From UHGV virus genome UHGV-0368231: a stretch of DNA of 44,863 nucleotides. One strand, given 5' to 3'. Below are positions 1-10,489 of this stretch, in pieces. The translations under genes were made by a program, and so were the position numbers. Position 1 is the stretch's first letter. Each line of letters starts with the position of its first letter. This DNA is from a virus. The notes under the pieces are model-generated. The model searched no databases. It worked only from the letters and a program-made list of their open reading frames with translations, and was not told the DNA's origin.

Positions 1-1835
1 ACTACACTTCGAGGATCTACTGCAGCAGAACCTGTTGAACCTGCACTTAAGCCACCTTTTAATACGGTAGGTACTGTTTTATACTTTTCATTTGCAATAA
101 CTGCAGCATTTGAATAGTCATCTGCAGTAATACCACTTATCACTGTTGTATTGTTGTATGTTTCAATACCGTTACCTGTGCCACGCCCTTTTAAATTGCC
201 ATTGATAATTTTTAAATCGTATATTCCACCACCACTCGCAATACCAACTTTAGGTGATGAATTGTAGATGTTAACATTACTTAAGATAAAACGCTCGCCT
301 CGATTATCTCCACCAAAGAATTTGATATCTTGACCGGCAGTTGTAAAACCAGTAACTGTAATATTGTTAAGAATGACATTTTCAGCCATAAACTGAACCG
401 CGATAGCAGGTAAATTACTGTCAGTTTTACCGTTTGCTAATTTACTAAAATCACTATCGCCAATCGCGGTAAAATTATTAACCGATACGTTTTTGTAAGC
501 ACTAATTAACAATGCTCTAGGCGTTGTACCTGGATATACGCCGTTGTATTTAGGTCGTAGAGCCACGCAGTTGTTTAATGATACATCATAGGCTGTTTTA
601 GATTTAGCGTCCGTTTTTGCTCTGTGGTGGCCAATATGTCTAATGTTATAAGCTCTTGTATCCTCAATTGATAAATGATTATTTACAAACACGCATCTTG
701 ATGCACTTGCAGGTGCATGGGCTTTGATTTCAACACCACCGAAGTTACCTTCTGTTCTATTATCTGATAAGAACACAAATTGTGAACCGTCATCAATTTC
801 AATACCGTTGTTATTCCCACCAGTAATTGTTGGATGATGAGCATAACAATTAGTAATCGTGATATAACGTGAATGATGGGTAGTGATAGAGTCATCACCA
901 CAAGCGTATGTTTCACAATTATCAATATGAATATGTTTACTTTCTAATGCGTATGGAACTCTATTTCCATCACCTTCATAATAGTAATCATCATTTGCAT
1001 AAGTTACGTCAATACAATGTAATAAAGCGCTATGCGATTTAACGTTGTAAATGTAACCATTCGTTACACCAGCAAATCGAATATTGCTTGAACGTGAACC
1101 ACCAGTAGGTTTGAGTTTTTTATCTTGTCTAAACTTATTACCGTCAAATGTAAAGTTCTCTAAACTAATATTTTTAGCATTACCACTCATTTTTAAGTTA
1201 GTGATACCAATGTTCTCAGCTGGTGTACTATCCATAAATTTAATAGTGGTAATATCTTTACCTTGTCCGACTAATCTTGAGTTGTTAGGCATTTTGATAC
1301 CAGTTGTTAAATATGTACCTGCACTCATCGTTACAAGTACATTACCAGTACCTAACGCGTCTTGAAAAGCTTTTGTACTGTCTTTTTGGCCAGTTGGATC
1401 ACCACCGAAGTCATCTACATTTACAATACGTTGTATCTTTTTGAGCAATTCGGCACGTAACTTTTCTCTTTCGTTATTCTCGCGTAAAAAATCGTGATAT
1501 AAACGATTGGATAGGTCATCAAAGTTTTGTGCGTCCATCGATGTTCTACTCGCTCTCAACTCTTGAACTCCATCACCGTTATGTCCAAGCACTAAATTTG
1601 TAATTTGCTCGTCTTGATAACGTTCATGGTCCTGTAAGTTAACATCTTGCCCGCTTTTTATTGTGTGCTTAATTTGTGATGATTTGTGAGCGTTCTTTTG
1701 ATTTGTAACATGGTTTTGGTACTCGTTATCTTTTTTGTCAGCCCATGATTTTATTGTTTCAAAGTTTTGTTCGACTTGAGATATAAAATCAGAACCAAAT
1801 AACGAATGTAGTTTTGTTTTCAATTCGGATAACAT
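1..1835 (-). CDS. Tail fiber / receptor-binding protein, N-terminal part (start ATG at 1835). It has a coiled-coil N-terminus and a pectate-lyase-like right-handed beta-helix domain, and runs off the window start.
   Basis: Manual translation gives MLSELKTKL... and the motif FGGDPTGQKDSTKAFQDAL, which is typical of pectate-lyase / tailspike folds. RBS ATAAGGAGG lies 6 nt upstream. There is no stop before position 1. The ORF is missing from the ORF track because it is truncated. Confidence 0.7.
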   Translation of the reverse strand, partial: MLSELKTKLHSLFGSDFISQVEQNFETIKSWADKKDNEYQNHVTNQKNAHKSSQIKHTIKSGQDVNLQDHERYQDEQITNLVLGHNGDGVQELRASRTSMDAQNFDDLSNRLYHDFLRENNEREKLRAELLKKIQRIVNVDDFGGDPTGQKDSTKAFQDALGTGNVLVTMSAGTYLTTGIKMPNNSRLVGQGKDITTIKFMDSTPAENIGITNLKMSGNAKNISLENFTFDGNKFRQDKKLKPTGGSRSSNIRFAGVTNGYIYNVKSHSALLHCIDVTYANDDYYYEGDGNRVPYALESKHIHIDNCETYACGDDSITTHHSRYITITNCYAHHPTITGGNNNGIEIDDGSQFVFLSDNRTEGNFGGVEIKAHAPASASRCVFVNNHLSIEDTRAYNIRHIGHHRAKTDAKSKTAYDVSLNNCVALRPKYNGVYPGTTPRALLISAYKNVSVNNFTAIGDSDFSKLANGKTDSNLPAIAVQFMAENVILNNITVTGFTTAGQDIKFFGGDNRGERFILSNVNIYNSSPKVGIASGGGIYDLKIINGNLKGRGTGNGIETYNNTTVISGITADDYSNAAVIANEKYKTVPTVLKGGLSAGSTGSAAVDPRSV

Positions 1836-1846
1836 ACACAACCTCC

Positions 1847-3688
1847 TTATTCATCATAAAATTGATAGTAATCTTTAATTAATTCGTACATAATCACTTC
1901 ATGCCCTTTATCGTTAAAATGAAGACCGTCAGGCATGCTAGATTTTCTAAAAGCTGGACTGTATGGTTTAAAAGCTTCATATCGGTAAGCATCGAATACA
2001 GGTATATCTAAGTCGTTACAAACATCTACTTGTAAGTTAACGTAATCAACCAAAGTTTTACCTTTATCATTCTTATCAGTATCTTTACGTTTAACTTTAG
2101 AACCTTCCATATAACACTGTCTTGCAGGTGTCATTACCAATAATTTCGCTTTAGGGTTATTCTTTTTGATAATTTCTACTGCACTATAAAAGGCACCGTA
2201 AAACGTTTTAGTATCCGTTTTATCAGTGCCTATATCTATGTTATTGACCCAATCATCATCAGTACCTTGTATGATAATTAAATCGCCTTTGATTTTGGTA
2301 GCTTGTTGGTAAATATCGCTCATGGTAGCGCCACTTTCAGCAAGATTAGTATATTTTGCTTTAATCTTTTTGGCTAACTGTTGGGTAAAATTACTTTTAG
2401 CCAATGACCCTTTAGCAATACTATCGCCAATTGTACCTATGGTTTTAACTTTTTTGATACTAGACTTACTTGAGAAATCATGTACAATCGTTCCGTTCGA
2501 AGTAGTTACGCTTTTAGCATTCGCTTTATCGAGTTTCGCCTGTAAATCATCTGTTTTACCCAATAAATCTTGTGTAGTTTTTGTATTGGCGTTTGTCTGA
2601 GATTGCATTTCTTGTTGTGTTTTAGCAGGGTTATTTGTTTTTAGGTTAGTAACATATTTAGCAGCTTTACCAACCGCTTTTACATATCTATCTTGCAATC
2701 TAAATTCACCTAGTACCAAGTCCATTTTTATGATATTTCCATTTATGTCACGTTTGGTTGTGATTTCGATAATTCTTAAATCAACATTCAAACCTATTAA
2801 ATCATCAATCACTTTAACAACATCGCCGACCCTAGGTATAGCGTTTTTAAAATATTTTTTTAACAATACAAAATCGAGTGTTACAGATGTTTTGATACTA
2901 TCATTAATAACCTTTTCCATACTCTTTTTTAAAGTATCTTCTTTTGTAATTCTTCCGTCTTGAACAGGTGGCGCATGCCTTTTTCCAATAACATCAGCTA
3001 ACGGTGATGTATATTCAAATTGCAAACTTGCCTCATTGTAAGTTTGTTGATCTGTATAACCACCAAAACCTTTTATAAACGTAAAACATTTAGTAGCATC
3101 TTCTTGAATTTTGATATTATTAGCGTTTACACCTGCTTTTATCCAATATTCTGGTTTATATTCGATGTAATCGTATAAATGGAATGTTTTAGTTTTTGCA
3201 TCATATTCATACTCTAGTGAATATCGTTCCAAACCTTTTTTAAATAAATCGAGGTTTGTATCGCAATTACCAAGATTTTCAAATCTCGAAGATGATACTT
3301 TAGCGTGTAAGTTATATTTGTATCCTGTACCTTTAAAAACTAAATCGAAATATGCTTTGCCAGTAAAACTACCGTTATAAATTTCGTACACACGATTATT
3401 ATTTAGGTCATCAATTTCTACTGGTCTAGCTTTTATCGTTAATCTACTTTTTTGACCTCGAGCTTCTTTATCGAGCATTACAATACGATACTCGTTTTCA
3501 TCTTCAGGTCCAGCAACGCCTGTTATCGTCCACATTTTTGTGATTGCACCAATAGCATCAAACGTACCTTTATTTTCGTCAATTACAATCGTTAACGTGC
3601 TATCTGTGTCAGATAATTTAGTGTTCAGTTCAGTCTCAACAGGTAAATTTTGACCGTAACCTTGTAATGTTTTTAGTAATACCGTCAT
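1847..3688 (-). CDS. Tail-associated protein (Tal-like, N-terminal prophage tail endopeptidase-type domain) with a C-terminal SGNH/GDSL hydrolase domain
   Basis: 613 aa, in the position after Dit. The C-terminus carries GDSIAKG ... DGLHFN, which matches the SGNH catalytic Ser and DxxH motifs. Confidence 0.7.
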   Translation of the reverse strand: MTVLLKTLQGYGQNLPVETELNTKLSDTDSTLTIVIDENKGTFDAIGAITKMWTITGVAGPEDENEYRIVMLDKEARGQKSRLTIKARPVEIDDLNNNRVYEIYNGSFTGKAYFDLVFKGTGYKYNLHAKVSSSRFENLGNCDTNLDLFKKGLERYSLEYEYDAKTKTFHLYDYIEYKPEYWIKAGVNANNIKIQEDATKCFTFIKGFGGYTDQQTYNEASLQFEYTSPLADVIGKRHAPPVQDGRITKEDTLKKSMEKVINDSIKTSVTLDFVLLKKYFKNAIPRVGDVVKVIDDLIGLNVDLRIIEITTKRDINGNIIKMDLVLGEFRLQDRYVKAVGKAAKYVTNLKTNNPAKTQQEMQSQTNANTKTTQDLLGKTDDLQAKLDKANAKSVTTSNGTIVHDFSSKSSIKKVKTIGTIGDSIAKGSLAKSNFTQQLAKKIKAKYTNLAESGATMSDIYQQATKIKGDLIIIQGTDDDWVNNIDIGTDKTDTKTFYGAFYSAVEIIKKNNPKAKLLVMTPARQCYMEGSKVKRKDTDKNDKGKTLVDYVNLQVDVCNDLDIPVFDAYRYEAFKPYSPAFRKSSMPDGLHFNDKGHEVIMYELIKDYYQFYDE

Positions 3689-3698
3689 ATCATCACCC

Positions 3699-4640
3699 CT
3701 ACATATAATATTCTTTGTGTTTGAACACGACTTTTTGCATCAACTTGGTACTTCTAAACGTGTTCCAACCAGGTATTAAAGTAGGGTTGCGTCGGCTCAC
3801 ATTATAAGCATCAATGTTTAAACCGTTTCTGAAAGTGTGAATACCATCAAATTTGATAGTATCGCCTGCTTTTAACTCTAAGCCTTTGATATTAATAACA
3901 TCACCACTTTCAACCATATAAAAAGTAGTACCGTTTTTATCATTTTTAGATACATTTTCTGCTAAAGTCACTTCAACTGTGCTATCTTGATTAATTTGAT
4001 TGATTTCAACCGTACCTGCATAATAAACGTTGCATATTTTTGTATCGTGGAAAGTATATTTACGTTTATTATCATTAACATTAAACGGTAAGCTATCCGA
4101 TACCGCCCATTTTTCAACACTTCTACTTTCACTTTCTAAATCAGTACTATATGCGATGCTTTCAAAATAAGGTAGCTCAATGGTTTCAAATTCAAGTTCA
4201 AACTCACCAGCTGTTTGTGTGGTATCAATTGAAATCGCACTAACTAGACCGACAAAAATCTGCCTACCGTCTACATAATCAAGTTCAAACTCTTGAGGTT
4301 TTGTGTTGAATATATCTTCATATTTAATAGATGTATCAGGTGTAGATAATTCACGCAAATAATAATGACCACGTAATAATGCTTGTAAATTTGACTTAAG
4401 ATGTGTCACTTGAGCCATTTTGTCTACTTGATATCGCAATCTAAGACTAACTGTTTTCTTTTCTTCATAGACAGAGTTAAAAAATCTACCTTGCGCGCCA
4501 TTAACTGTACTGTATTCACGATCATATCCTGAACCTTTAACGTCATAGGATACTACTTCTAAAACTGAGCCAGTAAAAGTGTTATTACTGACTTTATACT
4601 TTTTATTATCTTTAATTATTTCTATGTCGTGAGCAATCAA
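3699..4640 (-). CDS. Distal tail protein (Dit, siphovirus tail component)
   Basis: It lies between the tape measure and Tal. The start is probably TTG at 4640, after RBS AAAGGAG and just downstream of the TMP stop, rather than the overlapping track start at 4721. Confidence 0.6.
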   Translation of the reverse strand: MIAHDIEIIKDNKKYKVSNNTFTGSVLEVVSYDVKGSGYDREYSTVNGAQGRFFNSVYEEKKTVSLRLRYQVDKMAQVTHLKSNLQALLRGHYYLRELSTPDTSIKYEDIFNTKPQEFELDYVDGRQIFVGLVSAISIDTTQTAGEFELEFETIELPYFESIAYSTDLESESRSVEKWAVSDSLPFNVNDNKRKYTFHDTKICNVYYAGTVEINQINQDSTVEVTLAENVSKNDKNGTTFYMVESGDVINIKGLELKAGDTIKFDGIHTFRNGLNIDAYNVSRRNPTLIPGWNTFRSTKLMQKVVFKHKEYYM

Positions 4641-4653
4641 TAATAACACTCCT

Positions 4654-7600
4654 TTACAAGCCCATACTACTGTTTTTACCGTTTTGTTCTTCAATGTAAG
4701 ATTTAATGTAATCAACATCACCCTCGTTACGCACAGTTATATTAACGATAGGTCGATTATTTTCTTGCATGCTGTGTTGTACATCTTTAGTCATGTGAGC
4801 GTCCACACTACCATTTAACGAACCGCCTAAACCGTCTGTTAGGTCCGTTGATAATTCTGGGGCAAATGCCTCAGTTAAATTACTAGCTACACTACGGACT
4901 GCATTTACTGCTTTGTGTTGGTCAGCTAAGATACCCATTCCTAAGCCTTGAGATACATATTGGCCTATACCTCTAAATACTCGAGAAGGTGAGTGTATAC
5001 GTAAAACGCTTTTTGCTGCATTTACTGCGCTTTGTGCTACATTACGCGCAGCATCAACTACCCAAGATAAACCACTCTTGATACCGTTAACTAAACCACG
5101 CATTAAATCTAAACCAGCAGACACGAATTGACCAATAAAGTTTCTAACAGTGTTAACCGCTCTACTCATTCCTGATTGTACTTGACTAACCACATTGACA
5201 AAGCCACTTATTACACTTTGTACAAATCTAGCCATTGCATTAATAATTGAAGATACCCATTGTGCGCCTCCAGATATCACTCTTGATAACGCTTGAGCCA
5301 TATATGATGCAACAGCTGATACCACTCTGATAAAACCACTAATCACAGATGATACAAATCTTGCTAAAGTGCTTATGATAGAACTTACCCATTGCGCACC
5401 AGTTGATACAACATAGTTATAGGCTTGTACCATTTTGTTCCAAACGGACTGTGCCATTTGTCCAAACCATTGCGTTACACTATTCCAAATTTGAGTGACA
5501 TATTGAACGATTGCCGACCAAATTTGAGACCAACTTGTGATATTCGTACCGAGTATAGAATTTAGCGTGTTGAATATAAATTCGGAAATCTGAGTGAAAA
5601 TTGAAACAATCGCATTCCAAATGGTCATCATTACGTTTTGTATTGTAGTTTGTAAAGTTAACCACGCGCCACTAAAGTCGCCAGTTAACAATTGAATAAA
5701 CGCAGTAAACAAGCCGACGAGCAATTGAACTACTGAAGAAACAATTGCACCTATCGCAGTAAATATCACTGATACGGCAAGCCATAAAGACTGGAACGCA
5801 CCTATCACTAATTGAATGGCACCCATAACCAAACCACCTAGAACTTCCATAAACATTTGACCTAGTTGTTGTAAAATTGGCATAATCGGTTGTAATGTTT
5901 GTTGGATAGATGCCCACAATTGAGCAAACCAGCCAACGATAGAACTGATTGCACCAGAAACAGCATCTTTGATACCGTTCCAAGCACCTATAATCATATT
6001 TCTAAAGTCTTCGTTCGTTTTCCACAAGTATACGATAACGCCGACTAAAGCTAATATAACGCCAATAACTATGCCAACTGGACCAGTTAAAGCACTAAAT
6101 GCAGTGCCTAATAATGGTAATAATCTGCCTATATTAGCTATTGGACTAACTAATAAGCTAAACGCACCACGTAAGATGTTTAATACGCCTTTTAGTATGT
6201 TGCTAGAAGCCATAAAACGTGCTATTTTGCCGATTGCTTGTAGTAAACTAACACCAAAGACGTTTGATAATACTGTTCCAACTGCAATAATTGGTGCTAG
6301 TAACGCCCACATAATGCCGGCTAGTATCATACCAATACCAACCATCTTAGCAACTGCTGGGTGTGTTTCAAATAACTTAGCGATAAACCCAGCAAACGCA
6401 GTTACCACACGTAAAATCACACTTGCAATAGGTGCCATAGCAGTGCCAAATGCAATTAATGCACGTACAATATTGCCAATTAATTGCATAATCACTGGAC
6501 CATTTTGTTGTACATATTTAACGAATTGTTTAAAGCCTTCCGATTTACCAACTTGTTCAGACCATTCTCTGAATTTGCCGGTCATTTTAACTAACCAATC
6601 GAAGATGCCTGCACTATTTTGCGCAAATGCGACCATTAAATTACCGATACCGGCAAACACATTACCAAATATCTGACCAATTTTAGGCAAGTTTGTTTTT
6701 GTATACTCGATAAATGCTTTGATAGCGTTTTGACCAGCTACGCTATTAGCCCAGTTTTGAAACTTTTTACCTAGACTGTCTAAGCCTTGCGCTACCCATA
6801 AAAACAACGGTCCTAACTGTGTAAATACATTAACCAAACCGTCACCAAAACGTCCAGCAGCACTTAATAGAGTATTGAATGTTTTAACGCCTGTTGTGTT
6901 CATCATATTGAAGAACTTACTAGCCGTTTGACTGTTCTCAGCCCATTTTAAGACACTCTTAGAGGCTTGTTCCATACCTTTAGAAACGCCTGCAAGGAAT
7001 GGCTTCATACGGCTTAAAGCAACATTTACTGTGTTTAAACCGTTAGCTAAAGTATTAAATATCTGCGCTTGATTTTGTTTGATGATACTTTCCCATGTTG
7101 ATTTAACTTGATCTAAAGACGCTTGATATCGTCTAGTTTCTGCGGTAGCTTGCAGTGTGCCGTCTTTAAGCATTTTCAAAGCACTAATTGCCATACCACC
7201 AAACGCAAAGGCGCCTGCACCTGCGATACTAAACGCACCTGCCAAACCTAATATACCGCCTGCTAACACGCCAACTGCATTTAATACAGCCATTAACGCT
7301 GGTACTAAACCAGCAATAACAGGTATTAATCCTTGAATACTAGCTATCATTAGCCCTCTGACTTGTTGACTAAAGACAGTGCCAAACGTTCTTATTTTGG
7401 TAGCTAAAGCGTCCATTTTATTGCCATATTCATCTAAAGACTTACCTAACGCTTTAGTTAATACTTGCGCTCTTGTCATGCCCCGTGTTTCAAAGTTAAC
7501 GTGTACCGTTTTATCATGTAATGATGCCAACATTACTTTAGCGTTTATTACTGCACGCTTTAAATTGTCATTATCACCTTTGATATCGACTTGCTTATCG

Positions 7601-7866
7601 CGTAATCTTTGCAATTCTGCTTTGGCAAAAGATATCGCATGTTTAATAGGGTTGGTGTCTCCATCGATTTCCACCTTATGCTCTCGCCAACGTTGCGCCA
7701 TTGCTTTGGCTCTTTGGAGATTACGTTGAAATTGATTGATGTTAGCTTTTATATCAGTTTCAATCTCATCTGGAATAGATGTTTTGGCTAAACTTTGCGC
7801 TTTTCTAACGTTGTTCTGAAAATCACGTATATTAGCCATGATGCGAACCATAAAGTTTTTATCCAC
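4654..7866 (-). CDS. Tail tape measure protein
   Basis: 1070 aa. It has a coiled-coil N-terminus, long hydrophobic and Gly-rich segments, and repeated ...QWVSSII..ARFV.SVISGF... units in the C-terminal part. It sits between the chaperone pair and Dit. Confidence 0.9.
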   Translation of the reverse strand: MDKNFMVRIMANIRDFQNNVRKAQSLAKTSIPDEIETDIKANINQFQRNLQRAKAMAQRWREHKVEIDGDTNPIKHAISFAKAELQRLRDKQVDIKGDNDNLKRAVINAKVMLASLHDKTVHVNFETRGMTRAQVLTKALGKSLDEYGNKMDALATKIRTFGTVFSQQVRGLMIASIQGLIPVIAGLVPALMAVLNAVGVLAGGILGLAGAFSIAGAGAFAFGGMAISALKMLKDGTLQATAETRRYQASLDQVKSTWESIIKQNQAQIFNTLANGLNTVNVALSRMKPFLAGVSKGMEQASKSVLKWAENSQTASKFFNMMNTTGVKTFNTLLSAAGRFGDGLVNVFTQLGPLFLWVAQGLDSLGKKFQNWANSVAGQNAIKAFIEYTKTNLPKIGQIFGNVFAGIGNLMVAFAQNSAGIFDWLVKMTGKFREWSEQVGKSEGFKQFVKYVQQNGPVIMQLIGNIVRALIAFGTAMAPIASVILRVVTAFAGFIAKLFETHPAVAKMVGIGMILAGIMWALLAPIIAVGTVLSNVFGVSLLQAIGKIARFMASSNILKGVLNILRGAFSLLVSPIANIGRLLPLLGTAFSALTGPVGIVIGVILALVGVIVYLWKTNEDFRNMIIGAWNGIKDAVSGAISSIVGWFAQLWASIQQTLQPIMPILQQLGQMFMEVLGGLVMGAIQLVIGAFQSLWLAVSVIFTAIGAIVSSVVQLLVGLFTAFIQLLTGDFSGAWLTLQTTIQNVMMTIWNAIVSIFTQISEFIFNTLNSILGTNITSWSQIWSAIVQYVTQIWNSVTQWFGQMAQSVWNKMVQAYNYVVSTGAQWVSSIISTLARFVSSVISGFIRVVSAVASYMAQALSRVISGGAQWVSSIINAMARFVQSVISGFVNVVSQVQSGMSRAVNTVRNFIGQFVSAGLDLMRGLVNGIKSGLSWVVDAARNVAQSAVNAAKSVLRIHSPSRVFRGIGQYVSQGLGMGILADQHKAVNAVRSVASNLTEAFAPELSTDLTDGLGGSLNGSVDAHMTKDVQHSMQENNRPIVNITVRNEGDVDYIKSYIEEQNGKNSSMGL

Positions 7867-7870
7867 TTAT

Positions 7871-8179
7871 TCACTCTCCTTTCTGTTTTTGTTGTTCTAG
7901 CCAACGTTTAGTACCTGATTTGAATAATTCACGTCTACGTTTTTCATGTTCAAGTTCTGCACGTTTAATACGTTCATAACTACCAGGGTTGCGTATTTCA
8001 AATCGTTGACGTTCAATATCTCTAGTCATTCGTTTTAATGATTTACCAGCTTGTACAAGGCCGTTAGCTTGAGCAACTTGTATCATTAACTCCTTCTGAT
8101 CTAAATACTTATCTTGACCACCTATTATCCAATCTTTCCATTCGTTAGGTGTCATCATCATCAATTCGTTTTCAGGCAA
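7871..8179 (-). CDS. Tail assembly chaperone C-terminal extension (T part of a G/GT pair)
   Basis: An ORF in the -1 frame relative to the upstream chaperone. It stays open for >100 nt upstream of its annotated start, which is the usual layout for programmed frameshift fusion. Confidence 0.5.
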   Translation of the reverse strand: MPENELMMMTPNEWKDWIIGGQDKYLDQKELMIQVAQANGLVQAGKSLKRMTRDIERQRFEIRNPGSYERIKRAELEHEKRRRELFKSGTKRWLEQQKQKGE

Positions 8180-8208
8180 ATAACCTATAAACCTACTCGT
8201 TAATTGTC

Positions 8209-8712
8209 TTATTTCTGAATAGTTGAGTAAGGTTCCACGTTCATGATTTCTTTGTAGTTCTCTTTCATGAACTCGATACCAGCTTTCGTTGTTTCTTTGT
8301 CCTCGCCCTTCGCCATTTGAGGTGCTTTGTTCATTTGCGTCCAGAACCCTCGAGATTTTTGCTTGAAAAAACCACTATTATTTAATACGTCTAAAGCGCC
8401 TTGTAATAATTCGAGTGTGTCTTCTTTTTCTTCAATGATTTCAATTAAAGCTGTTTCAATTTCATCTCTAGAAGGTGCATTTTTACCTAGATATGCAGTA
8501 GCGCACTCCCAAAAATTAGCAATTGCAACCGTGTCGCGTTCCAAAATACCGTTGTAAATCACATTAAAACCAGGTGTAGTAACCGTTTTGCCGTCCTTAT
8601 CTTTCGTATCTTCTGCAAACTTCTTTGCTTTAATGTCAAACGCAAATAATGCTTTAGCTTCTACTTCATTATCATTGATTGTAAGCGTTGTAATTGGATT
8701 AAATTCAGTCAA
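8209..8712 (-). CDS. Tail assembly chaperone (G-like)
   Basis: 167 aa acidic protein between the major tail protein and the tape measure. Confidence 0.6.
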   Translation of the reverse strand: MTEFNPITTLTINDNEVEAKALFAFDIKAKKFAEDTKDKDGKTVTTPGFNVIYNGILERDTVAIANFWECATAYLGKNAPSRDEIETALIEIIEEKEDTLELLQGALDVLNNSGFFKQKSRGFWTQMNKAPQMAKGEDKETTKAGIEFMKENYKEIMNVEPYSTIQK

Positions 8713-8741
8713 AATGTATACCTCTTTTCAAATTTTATATA

Positions 8742-8766
8742 AAAAATAAGGGGACACACGCCCCCT
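8742..8766 (-). terminator. Rho-independent terminator after the major tail protein gene
   Basis: GC stem AGGGG-acacacg-CCCCT followed by a T-run on the minus strand (the plus strand shows ataaaaaataa upstream). Confidence 0.6.
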
Positions 8767-8770
8767 AATA

Positions 8771-9304
8771 TTAAGAACTCGTTGTTTTAGCTTTAGATTG
8801 GTCCTCAAAGCTACCAACTTTTTCAGCAAAACTTTCATATTCGACAGTAGGTGCGCCTGCTGCTTCAAACCATTCTGGTGGTAGATTAGCTTCAGTTCCT
8901 TCTGCTGAGTTCCATTTAACTTTTAACGTTAATTCAATTTTGTTATCTTCATCATCGAACGACATTTCGTAACTTTCCGGCACTGTGTAGGCAAATACAC
9001 CATGATATTTACCGTCATCACGTTTGTTACGTTCATACAACCATACACGCAGTTGTTCGCCATTTTTAATTGCTTTTTTAACTTGTTCAATTCCTTTGTC
9101 ACCAGGAATATTACCGATAGTGAGTTTAAACTCTTCAGAAACGGCATTTACACCATAATCTGTTTTACCGCCACGAATGATTTCAGCCAAGTCATTCTCA
9201 ATTGTGTGGCCACCTTCTTGTAAGTCAGCTAATAGCAAAGCATCAGTTGGATCTAATTTATCTTTAGCTGGTCTAACTACTGCTAAGTAATTCTTTTGAG
9301 CCAT
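8771..9304 (-). CDS. Major tail protein
   Basis: 177 aa, placed before the chaperone pair and followed by a terminator. The acidic C-terminus fits this class. Confidence 0.7.
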   Translation of the reverse strand: MAQKNYLAVVRPAKDKLDPTDALLLADLQEGGHTIENDLAEIIRGGKTDYGVNAVSEEFKLTIGNIPGDKGIEQVKKAIKNGEQLRVWLYERNKRDDGKYHGVFAYTVPESYEMSFDDEDNKIELTLKVKWNSAEGTEANLPPEWFEAAGAPTVEYESFAEKVGSFEDQSKAKTTSS

Positions 9305-9306
9305 GC

Positions 9307-9729
9307 TTACACTTCCTCTCTCTTAGTTTTATGTCTGAAATTAAATAAAAGTCGAATTGTGCCGTGCTTAGTAAACCTATCTATATCAGGAAATACTGAT
9401 TGGCTATCAATTCGACTGTATCTAAATTCGTAATTATCTATTTCAATTGGTTTGTTCAACACATAACCAATCGCGCTAATTAATAGCTTGGCCTCGTACT
9501 GCGTTGGATATTGCGAATATACATGAAAGACGATACCTACCGTCTCACGCATATTTGCACTACTTTCGTTATTAGTGACGTTGCTCTCACCCACAACAAT
9601 ATATGGGTATCGCACATCATCTTGAACGACATCAAAAACCCTATCACCGACTAATTTGTTAATGATAGGGTCTGTTTTTAATGTTTCGTATAATCTACTT
9701 GTAAGTTCAGGTTCAACCGATACCCACAT
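9307..9729 (-). CDS. Tail completion / tail terminator family protein
   Basis: 140 aa, in the head-tail joining gene block. Confidence 0.5.
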   Translation of the reverse strand: MWVSVEPELTSRLYETLKTDPIINKLVGDRVFDVVQDDVRYPYIVVGESNVTNNESSANMRETVGIVFHVYSQYPTQYEAKLLISAIGYVLNKPIEIDNYEFRYSRIDSQSVFPDIDRFTKHGTIRLLFNFRHKTKREEV

Positions 9730-9744
9730 ATTTTTAACCGCCTT

Positions 9745-10158
9745 TTATGAAAAATACTTATTGAATGTTTCTCTACCTGCGTCAATAGCAGGGTTCCAAA
9801 AAGGTTGAGCCTCTTGACCGTAAGTTAAATGACCTTCACCGTCAGCGTCTTCATAAAACCACGGTATCTTTTTAGCACGAGAACCCCCTGGACCTGTCGC
9901 ATAAATACCTGTACCATATTCAACATATATAGCATAATCGGCACCCACACTAACAACACCGGTCAAACCGCCATTAGTGAACTTGAAATCAATACTTTCT
10001 TTCAAAAATCCTAAGTCAACTGGCGCTAATGCTACGGCAGTGTTATATATCTTCATTGTGGTTTTAGCTATACCTTTTTTCGCCCACTTCTCGACATCTT
10101 TTTGATAACGTTCAAACTCAACGACTAAACTATCTGCACCATATTTCACTTTAGCCAT
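9745..10158 (-). CDS. HK97 gp10-like head-tail joining protein
   Basis: 137 aa, in the conserved position. Confidence 0.5.
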   Translation of the reverse strand: MAKVKYGADSLVVEFERYQKDVEKWAKKGIAKTTMKIYNTAVALAPVDLGFLKESIDFKFTNGGLTGVVSVGADYAIYVEYGTGIYATGPGGSRAKKIPWFYEDADGEGHLTYGQEAQPFWNPAIDAGRETFNKYFS

Positions 10159-10489
10159 AAGGTGCCTCTTTAAGTCGAATTAACTTAATTTCATGTTGGC
10201 CACCTTGATCTACAGGTTCACCTACAATACCAAAGATTTTACCCTCGTATTTAAAATAATCGTTATTGTTTATTGGTAGGTCATAAGGTACATATAGATT
10301 TCTGTCGTATTCAGATGACATTTGATGATATTTAAGTTGTTCTGAAGTTGTAGGTGTATCCATAAAGCCTTTTATAATTTTTTCGCTCTTGTAGCGCTCT
10401 TTTTTAAACTTGAAATCACCTATTACTTCAATTCGACCTTTTGAAATAGCATGCGGAAACTCATCGTATGGGTTAAACATGGTAACCAC
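10151..10489 (-). CDS. Head closure / head-tail adaptor protein
   Basis: 112 aa, in the conserved position. Confidence 0.5.
   Translation of the reverse strand: MVTMFNPYDEFPHAISKGRIEVIGDFKFKKERYKSEKIIKGFMDTPTTSEQLKYHQMSSEYDRNLYVPYDLPINNNDYFKYEGKIFGIVGEPVDQGGQHEIKLIRLKEAPYG

Noticed and set aside
683-2963. Short ORFs 683-925(-), 1084-1365(+), 2322-2600(+), 2730-2963(+)
   Set aside because: They fall inside the fiber and Tal genes on the wrong strand or frame. The truncated fiber ORF (1-1835) that the track omitted is the real feature.
5480-7791. ORF-track entries inside the tape-measure gene on either strand (5480-5665, 5672-5983, 5969-6676, 7379-7729, 7609-7791)
   Set aside because: They are antisense or out of frame within a strongly supported 1070-aa TMP gene. 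They are low-complexity translations with no RBS.
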